DNA of 64,000 nt from Camelus ferus (lineage: Eukaryota), in assembly GCF_009834535.1 (NCBI RefSeq), contig NC_045715.1, forward strand, positions 17,856,001 through 17,920,000, written 5' to 3'. Numbering within the stretch: the stretch's first letter is position 1; every line of letters begins with the position of its first letter. The notes beneath the pieces were generated by a model, which was not told where the DNA came from, did not search any database, and saw only the letters and a program-made list of their open reading frames with translations. This document shows, piece by piece, positions 24,680 through 37,363 of the stretch. Made by a program: the position numbers and the translations under genes.

Positions 24680-24848
24680 AATATATGTTTTACTGCGGAA
24701 ATATTGATGCATTTGATTACAAGAGACCATTAGACCCTGCTGGGGGTGGAAACGTAGATTATGTTTGCCTTTATAACATCAAAAATATTCTGAATTTCAA
24801 AACCTATTTGGCCCCAGGGGTTTCAGATAAGGATTATGGACCTGTATT
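24680..24848. mobile_element. TcMar-Tigger-type MITE end
   Basis: ttctgaatttcaaaacctatttggccccaggggtttcagataaggattatggacctgta resembles Tigger-family termini ending at TA. Confidence 0.4.
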
Positions 24849-24979
24849 CAGTTCTCCCTCAAGCTAATAAGAATAAACAATAATAACACCAACTACTAAA
24901 AAATAGCAACTCTGTATTTGACCCTATACAGATGCCAGGGAGGACTTTAAGTCATGTCCAGATTTCAGTGAGTTGATTG

Positions 24980-25690
24980 GTCTACTTTTGTCTTTTATAG
25001 AAGGCATGACAACATGGTTCAAGTCAGTCTGTTTCTTAAATGGGCGTTTGATCTTCTTTTTGTTTCTAACCTAATTGTTTTGAGGTCAGAGAACATGGTC
25101 TGTGTGATACAGATTCATTGAAACTTGTTCAGCCTTACTTTCTGACTAATCTTTACTCAATCAGTACATATTCTATCTATACAGAGAAAAGTGCATGTTC
25201 TCTATAAATTGCTGGGCTTTATATATATCTAATAGACTGAGCATGCTGGGTTATTCATCTTCCATAGCTTCATATTTTTTTTTTGTCAGCCTAATCTATC
25301 AATTATGGAAAAAGAATGTTAAAATGTCTCGTGATGAGAGCTGTGAATTTCTCCTTGTAATTCTGTAATTTTTGGTTTGTATATTTTGAGGTTATATTAT
25401 TAGTACATTCATGTTTAGAATTGTGATTTTTTTCTAGTGAATTGCACTTTTTTCTGTTGCATCCAACAGATGACCCATTTCATCTTAATAATACTTTGAC
25501 TTAATATCTTTTGATATAATTATGACTACAACAGCTATATAACTATATTATCCATCCTTTAACTTTCAAACTTTCCATGTCTTTTTGTTACATGTGTCAC
25601 TTACAAGCAATATGTAGATGGAATTTTAAGAATCTGATTGACATTTTTCTCTTTCAAATGGTTTAACCAACTTGCCAACATTTTAATTTC
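24980..25690 (-). mobile_element. Old LINE-1 ORF2 remnant
   Basis: tgaaacttgttcagccttac..., aatctatcaattatggaaaaagaatgttaaaatgtctc..., ttgtatattttgaggttatattattag. Confidence 0.55.
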
Positions 25691-25699
25691 TTAGCTTGG

Positions 25700-26530
25700 G
25701 CTTTCCTGGCTCATTCAGGGGATATAAATTGAAGCCCCAGATTTTTGTGAGTCAGGCTCATGATAAGGACTCACTGAAGAGAATTTAATAAAGGGATCGT
25801 TTACAAAGATGAGGATTTGGATAATCAACAAGGAACAGTGCTTGCAGACATAGTAAACAATCTTATGGTTACTGTGGGAAGGTGGGTGGGAAGGGATATA
25901 TCTGGGAGTTTGAGATTTGCAAAGGTTAACAACTATATATAAAAATAGATTAAAAAACAAATTTCTTCTGTGTAGCACAGGAAACTGTATTCAATATCTT
26001 GTGGTAACCTTTAATGAAGAAGAGTATGTAAACAAATATATATATATATACATGCATGACTAGGACATTATGCTATGCACCAGAAATTGACACATTGTTA
26101 CTGACTATACTTCTATAAGAAGGAAAAGAAGGGGAGGGGAGGGGAAGGGATGAGAGGGGAGAGGAGGGGAGGGAAGGGAAGGGAAGGGAAGGAAAGGTAT
26201 AAGGAACAGTGAAGCAACCCAGGGCTAGGAATTGGTAGGGAGTAATCACCTCTCTAAGGCAGGGGGAGGGAGCTGTAACTATAGGAGAGTGTGACCAGAG
26301 GCAGAGGAATGCAGATCCTCCAAATCATAGCCAGTGGAGGGACTTGGGGTACTAAATACTCTGCTTCTTTTTGCCTCTGGTCTCCTCTAGTGCTTTCCAC
26401 TGGCTTAACCAAACAGCAGTCAGAGGGATAGAAGCCTGGTTGATGTGTCCACAGGGGTTAGCCTTCCTGGACACAGGGCTGGGTGGAAAAAAGTGGAGAG
26501 TGATCTGGAGGGACTAATGGAAAACATGTA
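25700..26530. mobile_element. Old ERVL-class LTR remnant interrupted by a younger L1
   Basis: LTR-like halves on both sides of the L1 insert rejoin across the duplicated target aaggaacagtg; family uncertain. Confidence 0.35.
25841..26200 (+). mobile_element. 5'-truncated L1 3' end with 11-bp TSD
   Basis: acatagtaaacaatcttatggttac...gtgtagcacaggaaactgtattcaatatcttgtggtaacc; TSD aaggaacagtg at 25830-25840 and 26201-26211; purine-rich tail. Confidence 0.8.
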
Positions 26531-27084
26531 GCAGTAGAAATGTTTCTTAGTACTTGATTTCCTTTATTGATAGTAACACAATGGTTTGTTAATTCTCTTG
26601 CTAGAACACCCCATTGCCACTTTTCATTTTTAAAATTGCCTTGCTGGCCATTATCACACTTTATTTATTTATTTTTTGCCTTATTCAACTGTAATCAAAT
26701 ATTTTTCATATATATTGGTCTTTCATGTATTACCTTATACTAATCCCTATGGAACATTATCTGAAGCAAGAAAGAAAGGCTTACACTTAAAAGTCATGGG
26801 ACTAGGTGTGTGTCCTGAGGCCTGGGTCAAATTCTGGGCTTTCCAATGAAAAGCAATGACATTAGCTGTGTCATTTTCCTTCTCTGATCCTCAGTGTTGA
26901 TGGTTATTAAGAAGAGATGGGGAAGGGCTCATTTCTGTTCAAATATTCCATGATTCCTGGAGGTCCTACATGGCCGAGGAGGGGCTTTGGGAAGGCAAGT
27001 TACCATGTGAACTTTTGGTTCTGGTCCCTGGCTTCTCTGAGTGACTTAGACAGTGATAATGTTGAAGAAGAAGATGATGATGAT

Positions 27085-27310
27085 GTCATTGTTATTACTA
27101 CCACATATTAGGCACTTACAATATACCGGGAATTTTACCAAGCACTAAGCATACATTAGCACATTCAATCCTCCCCAACATTCTTGGTGACAGATATGTT
27201 TTCTACTTTATATTTAACAAAACAGAGGCTTAGAGAATGATTTGCTTAAGCTCACAACAGCTAGTAAGAAACAATGCTTGGATTTGAACACAAGCTGGTT
27301 TTATGTAAAA
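27085..27310. mobile_element. MIR SINE just upstream of the last TRIM38 exon
   Basis: tattaggcacttac...ttagcacattcaatcctccc...aaacagaggcttagagaatgatttgcttaagctcacaacagctagtaag...ggatttgaacacaag. Confidence 0.65.
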
Positions 27311-27354
27311 CAAACTGTACTCTCAGCAACAAAATCATGTCTTTTCTTTTTCAG

Positions 27355-27878
27355 TCAGTGTGACTCTGGATCCGGATACAGCTCATGACGAACTAATTCT
27401 GTCTGAGGATCGGAGACAAGTGACTCGGGGATGCCCCCAGGAGAATCTTGCTATTTCTTCTAGAAGATTTAGAGCCTTACCCTGTATCCTGGGCTGTGAA
27501 AGTTTCACTTCAGGAAGATATTACTTTGAAGTGGATGTGGGAGAAGGGACTGGGTGGGATTTAGGAGTCTGTATGGAAAATGTGCAGAGGGACACTGACA
27601 TGGTGTTGACACCTCAGGATGGATTCTGGGCCATCAGACTGTGCAGAAAGAAAGGCTATATAGCGCTTACCTCTCCCCTAACTTTCCTTCCACTGACGGA
27701 GCAGCCTCTGGTTGTGGGGATTTTTCTGGACTGTGAGGCCGGAGTCATATCTTTTTACAATATGACTACTGGCTCCCACATCTTTACCTTCCCGAAGGCT
27801 TCCTTCTCTGATACTCTCCGGCCTTTTTTCCAGGTCTATCAATATTCTCCTTTGTTCCTGCCTCCCGTGGATGAGTAA
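27355..27878 (+). CDS. TRIM38: TRIM38 coding exon 6 (PRY-SPRY/B30.2) to stop
   Basis: tttcag|TC AGT GTG ACT CTG GAT CCG... [21 protein letters not shown]...[17 protein letters not shown]...[20 protein letters not shown]. The six exons sum to 1395 nt = 464 aa plus stop. Confidence 0.95.
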
Positions 27879-28005
27879 GGGAAGGAGCCAAGTCTCCTTC
27901 TTGATTTAACTAGCATAGAGGCTATAAATCCCATAAAGGCAAAAATTTGGTCTATTTTCTTCACTGCTATTTCCCTGAACAGTGCTGGGCTTTTAGTGGA
28001 TACTT

Positions 28006-28011
28006 AATAAA
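28006..28011 (+). terminator. Candidate TRIM38 proximal poly(A) signal
   Basis: AATAAA 128 nt after the stop; another at 28582-28587. Usage unknown. Confidence 0.3.
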
Positions 28012-28989
28012 CCCTCATTGGATGAATGGCTACAATAACTGTAAAAATACCACAGATGGTCAGCATGATTGGGGGAAAGCAAGATAATAACAATAATCAT
28101 GCTCTGTCCTCTCTGTCCCTTTTCAATAAGTTCAGAGCTTTGATTTCCAAGAGTGCTTGGGTGATCAGGAGAGTGACCCAGAGGTCAGGAGGTCTGAGTT
28201 CTCCCAGTATGTTTGAGGCCATTTAAACTCATGGGTGGGAAATGAGGGGGAAGCTGCAATTATGTCTGTCAACTGCAGAAAAGAGCAGGAAAATGAAAAT
28301 GATGGTGACTCTTCTAACCACTGACATGTTGATTAATAATCTGAGCATAGCCCTGGATGATGTAGTAAGTGCAGATGGCAACCAGATCTGGTGAGCTCCA
28401 CCTGTGCAATAACCAAGGAAAGTGTGAGAGAAGACTTAAAATTAGCTCACAGTGAGATGCTTCACATGGGAAGGGGATTCAGAGTAAAAATGAATTTTCA
28501 TGGGAGATTCAGTCCTGGAAAAGAAGTTGATATTTTCTAGACTCTGCTAGAGCCAGCTATCTTGAAATATTTTAAAATCTCAATAAATAGTTATTGTTAG
28601 CTTGATTATTGGAATTCTTTATTATATTGCAGATATGATCAAACAAACCTTAACTACACATGAGTTTATTCTGAAAAGTACATTCCATGTCAAACCTAAA
28701 TTATCATGACTGAGTTGCCTATGGTGGACATTGGTGAAATCAACCAAAACACAGCAACATTCACGATGACCCCAAAACGTCACAAAACTGCTAAATGTTA
28801 TAATAACTTATAGTTGACACAAAAAATGATGTTTATTGATACTGAGGTTCTCTGACATCATCTCTCTCTAGGAATAGGGGAAATGAAGTAAAAGAGTTGT
28901 TTTTGGATGTCAGAGGCATGGTTGGGCCTCCATCTCTACTCAGCAGAAGACACAGAAGAGGTCATTCACCCACGCTTCCCAGCATCAGC

Positions 28990-29470
28990 CTTCTTTCATT
29001 CAGGCTGATAGAGGCTGGGTTGTAACTAGAAAGTGAAGGATAGCAGAAGAGACCACCCCCAAAAGACAACACTTTAGCATAAGAAAGCAATTGAGAAAAA
29101 ACAGATACGAGAAAAGTTCTCTGCCCTCCTCCTGCTTGCCTAAAAGCAGGACATAAATTTGTAAAGGTATCTCCCTTCCCCTGGTAGAAAACCAAGAAAG
29201 ATAGAAGCTAATTGTGGAGACAACTCTAGACCCTTATCAGCACAGAGATGGCCCTAGAAGAAGCCACATAAAAGATCTTGCTAAAACTAGCCCTTATTTA
29301 CCATTACTTCCCCCCATATATTTGCCTTCCCACAATCTGCCACCTAAAAAGTCATTTTCCTTTGTCTTGTCACTTCTCCAAAAATCTACTGTTCTTTTGT
29401 AAGATGCTATATCAGCCCAAGTTCTAACTACCTCTTTGAGTTCCTAATCTCTGAGCACTCACATGTGTAT
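28990..29470 (+). mobile_element. ERV1 LTR remnant (MER34/MER39-like)
   Basis: cctcctgcttgcctaaaagcaggacataaattt...gtaagatgctatatcagcccaagttctaactacctctttgagtt. Confidence 0.55.
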
Positions 29471-29529
29471 GCATGATGGTATGCATGATGCATATGTATC
29501 TGGGAAACATTTCCTGTTTCTCCTTTACT

Positions 29530-30320
29530 CTCTCACTACTACCATACTCACAATATTTCACTTTACTTCTGACAACAGATGTGTAGGGTTTTCCCCCCAT
29601 GCCAAGCTGAGAGTCTTATAATTCAATTCAATTCTGACATTAATTCTGACATTGGAGTTAGAGTAGACCTACAGGTTAAGGGACTCACACCCACAAGATT
29701 ATCCCCATCCTCTCACCCCCATCTCAGAAACCAGTTGTAAGTCCAGATTGTCACCTGTGCTTCTGACTGACTGACTGACTGTAAACTGAAGGTTTCCGTG
29801 ATCTCCTCTTTGGGTTTGATCATTTGTTAGAATAGCTCACAGAATTCTAAGAAACACTTTGTTTACTGGTCTATTATATAATGAAAGATATGATGAATGA
29901 TTCAAATAAACAACCAAATGAAAAGATACATAGGATAAGGTACAGAGAGGTCCCTAGCTTGGGAACTTCTGTCCCCATGAAGTTGCAGTACACCACTCTC
30001 CCAGCACGTGGATGTGTTCCCCAACTCTGAAGCTCTTCAAACCCTATACCTTGGGGATTTTTATGGAAGTTTTATTACGTGGGCATGATCAACCATTAAT
30101 TTAATCTCCAGCTCCTCCTCCATTCCTGAAGGATGGGGAGTGGGGATGAAAGTCCCAAGCTTCTAATCATGGCTTGGTCCTTCTGGTGATAAGCCCCATC
30201 CTGAAGCTATCCAGGAGTCCACCAAGAGTCACCTCACAAGAACAAGAGACATTCCTATTACCCAGGAAGTTCCAAGGGATTTAGGAGCTCTGTGCTACAA
30301 ACCGGGGACAGAGGATCCTG
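29530..30320. mobile_element. MER21-like LTR element
   Basis: tcaattcaattctgaca...cctacaggttaagggactc...tttgttagaatagctcacagaa...agtcccaagcttctaatcatggcttggtccttctggtga. Confidence 0.65.
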
Positions 30321-30854
30321 GAAGTGCAGGAAATCCAGAAAGTCCAGGGCTGGTATAGTAACTTCACAAAATTGCCAGACCTTTCAGCAACCCACCTACC
30401 ATCCCTAGGATCCAGCTGTCACACCTGCATTCCAAGCTGTAAGAGGGAGAAAGAGACAAAGAAGTAGGGCAAAGGGCACGAATACAAGAGCTGTACTTCA
30501 CTGTAGCTTCTGAAAACCTACCACACAACCTTCTGCATGCATCACATTAGCCAGAGCTAATGCATCACATTAGTCCAAAGCCACACCTAGAGAGTCTGAG
30601 AAATGTCCTCTTTTCTCATGGTAGCCAGCTAAAAATCATTTATTCTCATATCAGTGTCTTAAGAATAGACCTTGGGATGGATGCCCAACAGTCACCTCCA
30701 CACTCAGATATTATTTAAACTGTTCTAGTAAATGGATAAAAGGGAAAAGCCTACAAACTCATTGATATAAAACCTTAACAAAGGTAACTGTCCTGACCCA
30801 ACTCCCCACCACACACAGCCACTAAAGAAAATTAAATCTATTCTAATTGATGAC

Positions 30855-31060
30855 TGTCTTGGTCAGTTTGGGCTGCTATAACTGAATACTATAAACTGGG
30901 TGACTTGAACAACAGAAATGTATTTTTCACAGTTCTGGGGGTTGGGAAGTCCAAGATCAAGGAGCTGGCTGATTGGGCTCCTGGTAAGAACCCTCCTCCT
31001 GGTTTGCACTGGATAAACCAGAGTCACTCTCAAGGTTTGGTATCTGGAAGGAGATAACAT
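30855..31060 (-). mobile_element. MaLR LTR (MLT1A/B-like)
   Basis: tgtcttggtcagtttgggctgctataac...aaactgggtgacttgaacaacagaaatgtatttttcacagttctggggg...aagtccaagatcaagg. Confidence 0.75.
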
Positions 31061-31439
31061 ATGAAGGGAAATGCCATCCCAAAGTGGACCTTCCACGTGA
31101 TCGCCAGTGCAGTCCTGGTCCTGCACGCCATAAGGACTAGCCGGTCAGGGATTCCTTTTGTGAGTTGCCTGGTGTACCTTTCCAATCTGTTTCTTGTTCT
31201 TACAGTCTTTGTTTCTTTGCTGGAGGAAACTAGAGTTGCCGTTCTATGTGGGAGACCATACATTATGATCTAAATTAGACTATCAACTTTCAAAGAATTA
31301 GATTCCAATAAATTAAAATAAATCCTTAAGTATGTTGAAATATCTGATGATGCAGAATGTTTACATAATCCTTAGGAATTCATAGGAAATAGTAAACATG
31401 TAGCATCACAAGGTTACCCATTTCAAAAAGTAGAAACTG

Positions 31440-31670
31440 CACAGCATGGTGACTATAGTTAATAATACTATATTGCTCATTTGAAAGTTGCTAAGAAAGA
31501 TCTTAAAAGTCCTCATTACAAGAAAAAAAATTAATCATGTATGGTGACAAATGTCAACTAGATTTATCGTGGTGATCATTTTGCAATATATACAAATATC
31601 AAATCATTATGTTTTACACCTGAAACTTAATATGTTATGTATCAACTATACCACAATAAAAAAAAAATTA
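31440..31670 (+). mobile_element. LINE-1 (L1MA-like) 3' end with poly(A)
   Basis: acagcatggtgactatagttaataatac...gtggtgatcattttgcaatatatacaaatatcaaatcattatgttttacacctgaaact...aataaaaaaaaaa. Confidence 0.8.
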
Positions 31671-33589
31671 GAAACCAAAAAAACCACAAAAAACCCCACC
31701 AAAAACCCGATGATGCAGAATGCCCTATAGGGCTTCTATGTTCAGAAAAACAAATTTAAATTTATTAGTTATTAGTGTTTTCTATTCATAGTTATACAAT
31801 TGGGTGTATACTGTGGTCTCTTGAGCTTCTCCTTGTCCACCTTGATGAGGCAGTACATGAACTTGGGCAGCTTAGCTCTACTTTGTTAAAATTCTGAGCA
31901 AGATTTATCAGAGAGCTACACGGAGTGTGTGGCAGGGTCTCCCACACCCACCCAGCCCAGTGTCTCACATAACCAGTCTGGAAAACCCTCTGACAGCGGG
32001 CAGTCTCTGGGCAGCATGTGGCACTTATTTAGCCACAAAACAAAAGAAGATGGGCCCCCTGGCGCCCCTTCCTCATACCTTTTTAACATCCCCCCTCCCT
32101 TATTATTTGCATGATGTGTCAGGTATGTGTAGTGTATGTGGTGCTGCGACAGAGGACCAGAGACACAGGGCAGAGCAGAAATGAGAGACAGGTTGGCAAT
32201 TGAGGGAGGCGGGGAAACAGACAGAGCAACTGACACAGAAGGAGTTTGTTCTCAGGTAAAGTCCACCATGGCCTAGAAGGCAGATTCTGGCCCCAGATCT
32301 TGCTGGGCTGGATGAATAATCTGTGCTTCTCACCTTCCGTATACAGTGGCCTTCTCTTTGGTCTGAGACAATACCAAGGTCATTTTGGCCCAAGAGCCTT
32401 GGGGCATACTGTGTCTAGGGTCAGAATAGTCTTTTTCATGTCTGATTTTTCTGAAGCTGGGTGAGCTCATTCTGATCACATTAACATCCCAGGGGGGAAA
32501 CTTCAACCAAAGAGGGATTGGTGTGGATGGATAAAATCTCCAACCAAATGAGCTTTAGAGGAACAACTCTGAGACCCCGTCTACACAGTGCCTCAGAGGA
32601 CATGCAGTGACATGGAAGCAAGTGCTCATAGTGGGAACCAGGGCAGAAATGCACCTGTCACTGCCTCTTCCACCTTCCCTGTCACGGCCTCCCTGTTCCA
32701 GCACCCTGCATTCGGGGGGTCACATCCTAGTAACCACCATCACCCACATGCAGGTCTCAACTTTTCAGAGACAGCAACCACTGCCAACTCCCCCTCTCAT
32801 CCTCTTTCTATATGTAAATGTGGAAATAGCTAAGGTACTAATGATTAAACTAATAGATATCTATTGGGGAATACTGAAAATATACTAAATTATACTCTCA
32901 GTTCAAAAGAATATTTACTGTGGTGGTAAATCTTCCCCACGTATATGTTTGATCTTGCTTTTTTCAGTGTGAGTTTCCCCCCATGGCATTAAAAGCTATG
33001 TTAATACGTAGTTTTAAATGACTACAGCAATTTCATAATCACATTCAGGCTGTTTCCTGCAATTATAACTCATGTCCAAATGAACATTATGGTACACAGG
33101 TAGGTCTTAATTTCTCTTATTTTCCTCAGGGTGGGTTTTTGAAAGAAAATTCCTGAGTCACAGCATGTGAACATTTATTTAAAATACTACTGGCATATTC
33201 TCTCTCTCCTTCCCTTTCCTCCAGTTCCTCTGCCTACCTCTTCTGTTTCCGTAACTCTCACTTGCCATCAGCCAACCCTTCCAGGAGCTGGGAATCTCAG
33301 GGGGACTTGGATAATGCGGAAAATTGTGGGCTGGGGAGTCAGAGGGGAGACTTTCTGAGACAGGAATGGAGGATGCTAAGCTTTGCAGGTGAAAACATCA
33401 CTAGAGCCTAGACTTCCGTTTCCTTATGTAGGAAAGGGAGGGATATAAAAATGATTTAGAAAAAAGGAGGAGGGAGGGGAGAAGGCAAGGAGTTGGATGC
33501 ACCTGGGATTTTGCTGCAGAAGCAAGGGTTGCTTCCCCTGAAGCAGGCAGAGCTGTCACTATCCTAGAAGACTAATTCATGGCTGTTCA

Positions 33590-34075
33590 CCAAGCATATG
33601 TAGGTTTTGGTGAGTAGCAAAGCACCCCAAAACTTAGTTGCTTAAAACTGCTACCATTTACTCGCTTACAGTTCCATAGGTCAGCTGGTGGTTCTTGTAG
33701 CCAGGGCTGAACTCTGCTGCGCCTCCTCATCTATCTCTATCAACTGGAGAGTCGGCTGGTGCTGGGTGATATGGGACAGCCTCACCGACAAGCCTGGCAG
33801 TTGGCAGGCTGTTGCCTGGGGTGCCTTGTCCTCCAGCAGACAAGCTCAGCCTCTTTCACAACATGGGCATTTCAAGGTTGTGGGAGAACCAAGAGGGGGA
33901 TAACTTGCAGTTTGCCAGGCTCTTTTCAAGCATCTGCTCTGGTCACATTTGTTAAATCACCTGGCCAAGCCCAGTTTCAAGGGGTAGAGAAATAAACTTC
34001 ACCTCTTGATGGGAGGAGATAAAGTCACATTACAAAAGAGGGTACAAGCAGAAATGGGATGAGATGATTTTAGGA
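33590..34075 (-). mobile_element. MaLR LTR (MLT1G/H/I-like)
   Basis: caccccaaaacttagttgcttaaaac...aaatcacctggccaagcccagtttcaaggggtagagaaataaacttcacctcttgatgggaggag. Confidence 0.6.
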
Positions 34076-35389
34076 CAACTTGTGAAATAGATTGTAAGAA
34101 ACTTGCTGCTTAAGTTCCCTACATCTAAATTAAGGAGGGACGGAGATGCAGAGACATTCTGAGTCCCTAGCCCTCCGCAGATTCAGTACCAGTTTCTCCC
34201 CAGAGACAAGGTCTATTAGAGTTCTCAATGCCATAAGTAATTCTACTCTCTTTGCCAATACAAACAGCTTCAGTGCCTGGCATTCAACTTTTCCTTACAT
34301 GCTTCTCTCTCAGACTTGCTCCTCAGGTCCACACACATCAGCAGCCTGAAATGGAGTCTGGCAGTTGGAATTAGAAATGCAGAAAGCTCAGCATACAGGC
34401 TCTTCATCCCTCGCTCCCCCCACCCCAAAAAAGTCCCATCTTTACCAGGAATAAGGAAGACAATGTGATTGTTCAAGAAGGTGTTTGATTAGCATGTTAA
34501 TGAGCATGTGGTTGAGAGACTATGCTGAACTACTTGAACTTATCTTGAATTTCTCTGGACAAGTAAAACTGATCTAATCTGTCATATTCTAGGAATTGAA
34601 TGTCTCCTCATCACTCCAGTCCACAGGCAGGGTTTCCAGTCTTCAGAGCTCCTTCTCCTTTCCACGTCTTATATCCCAGCCATCCATTCCCCTGTGCCTT
34701 ATTCTCCAAGACCTAGTTCGTTAGACACTCTGAATCCATTAAAGACATTAGTTAAGGTTTAAAACTAAAATTTTCCACTTTTCTATGGTCCAGCCAGATC
34801 TAGGTCCAATTTCTGATTTTACTTACAAGTGGACAAGTAACGCCATCCCACTGGGCCCCTGTTTCCTCAGGCGTAATATTGGGGCAATAATCCCAGGTTG
34901 TAGTGAAAAGTGCTCAGGCACAAAGCACGCGGTATATAACACAATAAACAGGCGTTGTTAATTTATACAATGATTGCAAAGCACTTTCATACTTACGACC
35001 TGCTAAAGAGAAATTCTGGGCCACCATCACTTAATCTTTGTGGAATCCTGGCTAATTCAATGTTTTCACTGGACCTTCCACGATCCCAGAAACATATTAA
35101 CTCAGTTTTAGAGACTGACCAAAAAAACCTTCACTACTCTGTAGGACTCAGCCCTGATCAGTGGTTCTCAATCCCTGAGGCACACTGGTACCTAGAGAAC
35201 CTTTAAATAACTTACTGAAGCCTGCTCCCGACAAATTAAAAAGGGATGTGGATGTGAGGGAGGGGAGCATGGGCAGAGGACTGACGTTCTGCGATTCTGT
35301 AGGTGACACTGAAGAGTCTTCTCTGGGGGTGTTGCCAGGTGTCACTTCTTTGGCCTTAAGCAGGTCCATCAGCGCACCCCAGATGAGTC

Positions 35390-36250
35390 ACGAGATGACT
35401 TCAGCGTCGTCCCCTCTCCCCCCACGGAGCTTCTACTCTCCTGCTCACTTCTCTCCTGGTGTGGATCCTGGGGGCATTCAACATCCCACCCCAACTCGAG
35501 TCTCTCGCCTTGGGCCACCTGCGGCTGGCAGCTAGAGCAGGGAGGGCGGCAGGACCCTTGGGGATGCCCGGCAGCGATCTCCTTTGCACATCACTGGGAC
35601 CCGCAACGGGAGGGTGGAGTCCAGACATCAGCGCGATCTGCGAATGGGGGGTGGGGTGGGGATCTGCTCTAGGAGGATGAGGGGGTATTTAAAGTTATAT
35701 ACCCTTTCCCTGCCATTGTCAGTGACATATTTCAAGAAACAGGATAGAGTTCTGAAAGGACACGGCCATGAGCTTATTTCTTAAAAAGATGTTTTCCGTG
35801 TTTTGTTTGTCCGCTAAGAACGACCCATCTCCCCTCATTTGTGAATCTTACACCCGAAATTTGGTTGGTCGTGAGACGCGCGCGCAGACAGCAGCAAGGA
35901 CGCAAAGGTAGAGAAGAGGATGGGGAAACTGCCCGGGTCGCATCCACAGTCCAGACTCCACAACAGCCCAAAGGCCGGGGACCTCGCGAGGCCAGATTCC
36001 AGCTTCAGCACCGTAACCGACACGACTCAGAAGGTCATGACCCCCAACACCGCAGGAGCCCCGCCCGCAAAGCTGGCCCCGCCCCCGGCACCACCGCCCC
36101 CTACTGCCTCTAGAGGCCCCGAGCACACCCCCACGCGCAGCTTGCTCTTTGGCGTCTCTGATTGGCCAGCTCCCCTTGTGCGGACCCAGTATCCTTTCCC
36201 CTGATAGGTCACTCCCCCTCCCTGGCCAAAGCGACTGTCTGAGGCTGGAA
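35390..36250. promoter_or_regulatory. CpG island with GC boxes and CCAAT but no protein-coding gene
   Basis: Dense CpG; ccccgcccc at 36077-36085; ctgattggcc with ATTGG at 36161-36165; cctcgcgagg at 35992-36001. Its ORFs are low-complexity GC artefacts. Confidence 0.75.
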
Positions 36251-36638
36251 TGGGCACCTTGGAGAAATGGTTGGTACGTCTCTGCTGATCCTTTTCTCAT
36301 TTCCCTCTAAGGGCGAGTGGTGGAATCTTAAGGTGATGAAGATGGAGACCCCAGGTCTGTGGGAGAGAGCACAGGCGAGATGAGTCAAGAGACTCCCATG
36401 TTGGGGTGGCAGGAGGACGGGTGCGAGGCTGGTGCAGAGTCCTTGAACGAGCAATTTCTCCGAGGGGTGCTCTGTAGTAACTGGGCTTTCCTGTGAAAGA
36501 CTTCAAGTGGAAAAGTACAAAACGTAATGTAATGGAAACCTGCATATCCAACCCCCAGATTTTTAAAAGTTAACGTTTGACTTATTGCTTCAGATTGCGT
36601 TTAGAGAGATAAAAGGTGACAAACTGAAGGAAGAACCT

Positions 36639-36928
36639 GAAGGAGATTTAGGAGGGAAACTGTGGATGTGCCTGCACGCGGGACATCTCACAGAAGTGGC
36701 CGGACTTATCTGCAAACAGAAATTCCTGCCAAGGATGAAGATTTAGTAGGGAAACTGTGGATGTGCCTGCACGCAGGACATCTCACAGAAGTGGCCGGAC
36801 TTATCTGCAAACAGAAATTCCTGCCAAGGATGAAGGAGATTTAGTAGGGAAACTGCGGATGTGCCTGCACGCGGGACATCTCGCAGAAGTGGCCGGACTT
36901 ATCTGCAAACAGAAATTCCTGCCAAGTG
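36639..36928. repeat. Three tandem copies of a 95-98 bp unit inside the LTR
   Basis: gggaaactgyggatgtgcctgcacgcrggacatctcrcagaagtggccggacttatctgcaaacagaaattcctgccaag at offsets 36662, 36757 and 36855. Confidence 0.95.
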
Positions 36929-37008
36929 ACCCTTCCTCTTCCCAGGAGGAACATTGCTTGCAAACAGGGATGTTTATCTGTTCCTCTAAAGGAACAGGCC
37001 TGGGAACC

Positions 37009-37105
37009 GGAGGGTCTGAGAGCAATAAAGATACTTAAGATAAGGAAGCGAACAGGAGGGTCTGGAAACAATAAAGATACTTAGGATAAGGAAATGACCA
37101 GGAGG
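37009..37105. repeat. Two tandem copies of a 46-bp unit inside the LTR
   Basis: ggagggtctg...caataaagatactta(a/g)gataaggaa at 37009 and 37055. Confidence 0.9.
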
Positions 37106-37252
37106 AATGTCTTAGATGTAGTGCGCTTGCGTTAATTCAAAAAATGCTGTCTCGCGATGCTTGGTATGGGTTCGGGTTGCTCCTTTGTGTGAGGGGTATA
37201 AGAATAAAGAAACCCGAGCCTCGGGAGACTTTTGGCACTACAGCCTCTCAGG

Positions 37253-37363
37253 GATTCATTTCGTCGGTCACATTTCGTCGGCCACATTTTTGTAATTCAT
37301 TTCGTCAGCCACATTTTTGTAATTCATTTCGTCAGCCACATTTTTGTGATTCATTTCGTCGGC
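37253..37363. repeat. ~27-bp tandem array at the LTR 3' end
   Basis: attcatttcgtc(a/g)gccacatttttgt(a/g) repeated about 3-4 times with partial copies. Confidence 0.9.

Noticed and set aside
34146-34476. Stop-free stretches on both strands that looked protein-like
   Set aside because: No recognisable family, no splice context; cannot be supported without a database search
36662-37038. Repeated ORFs MDVPAR.TSHRSGRTYLQTEIPAKDE
   Set aside because: Translation of the LTR's 95-98 bp tandem repeat, GTG starts; not a protein gene
37253-37363. Short regular repeats superficially like a CRISPR array
   Set aside because: Head-to-tail tandem units with no unique spacers, inside a eukaryotic LTR
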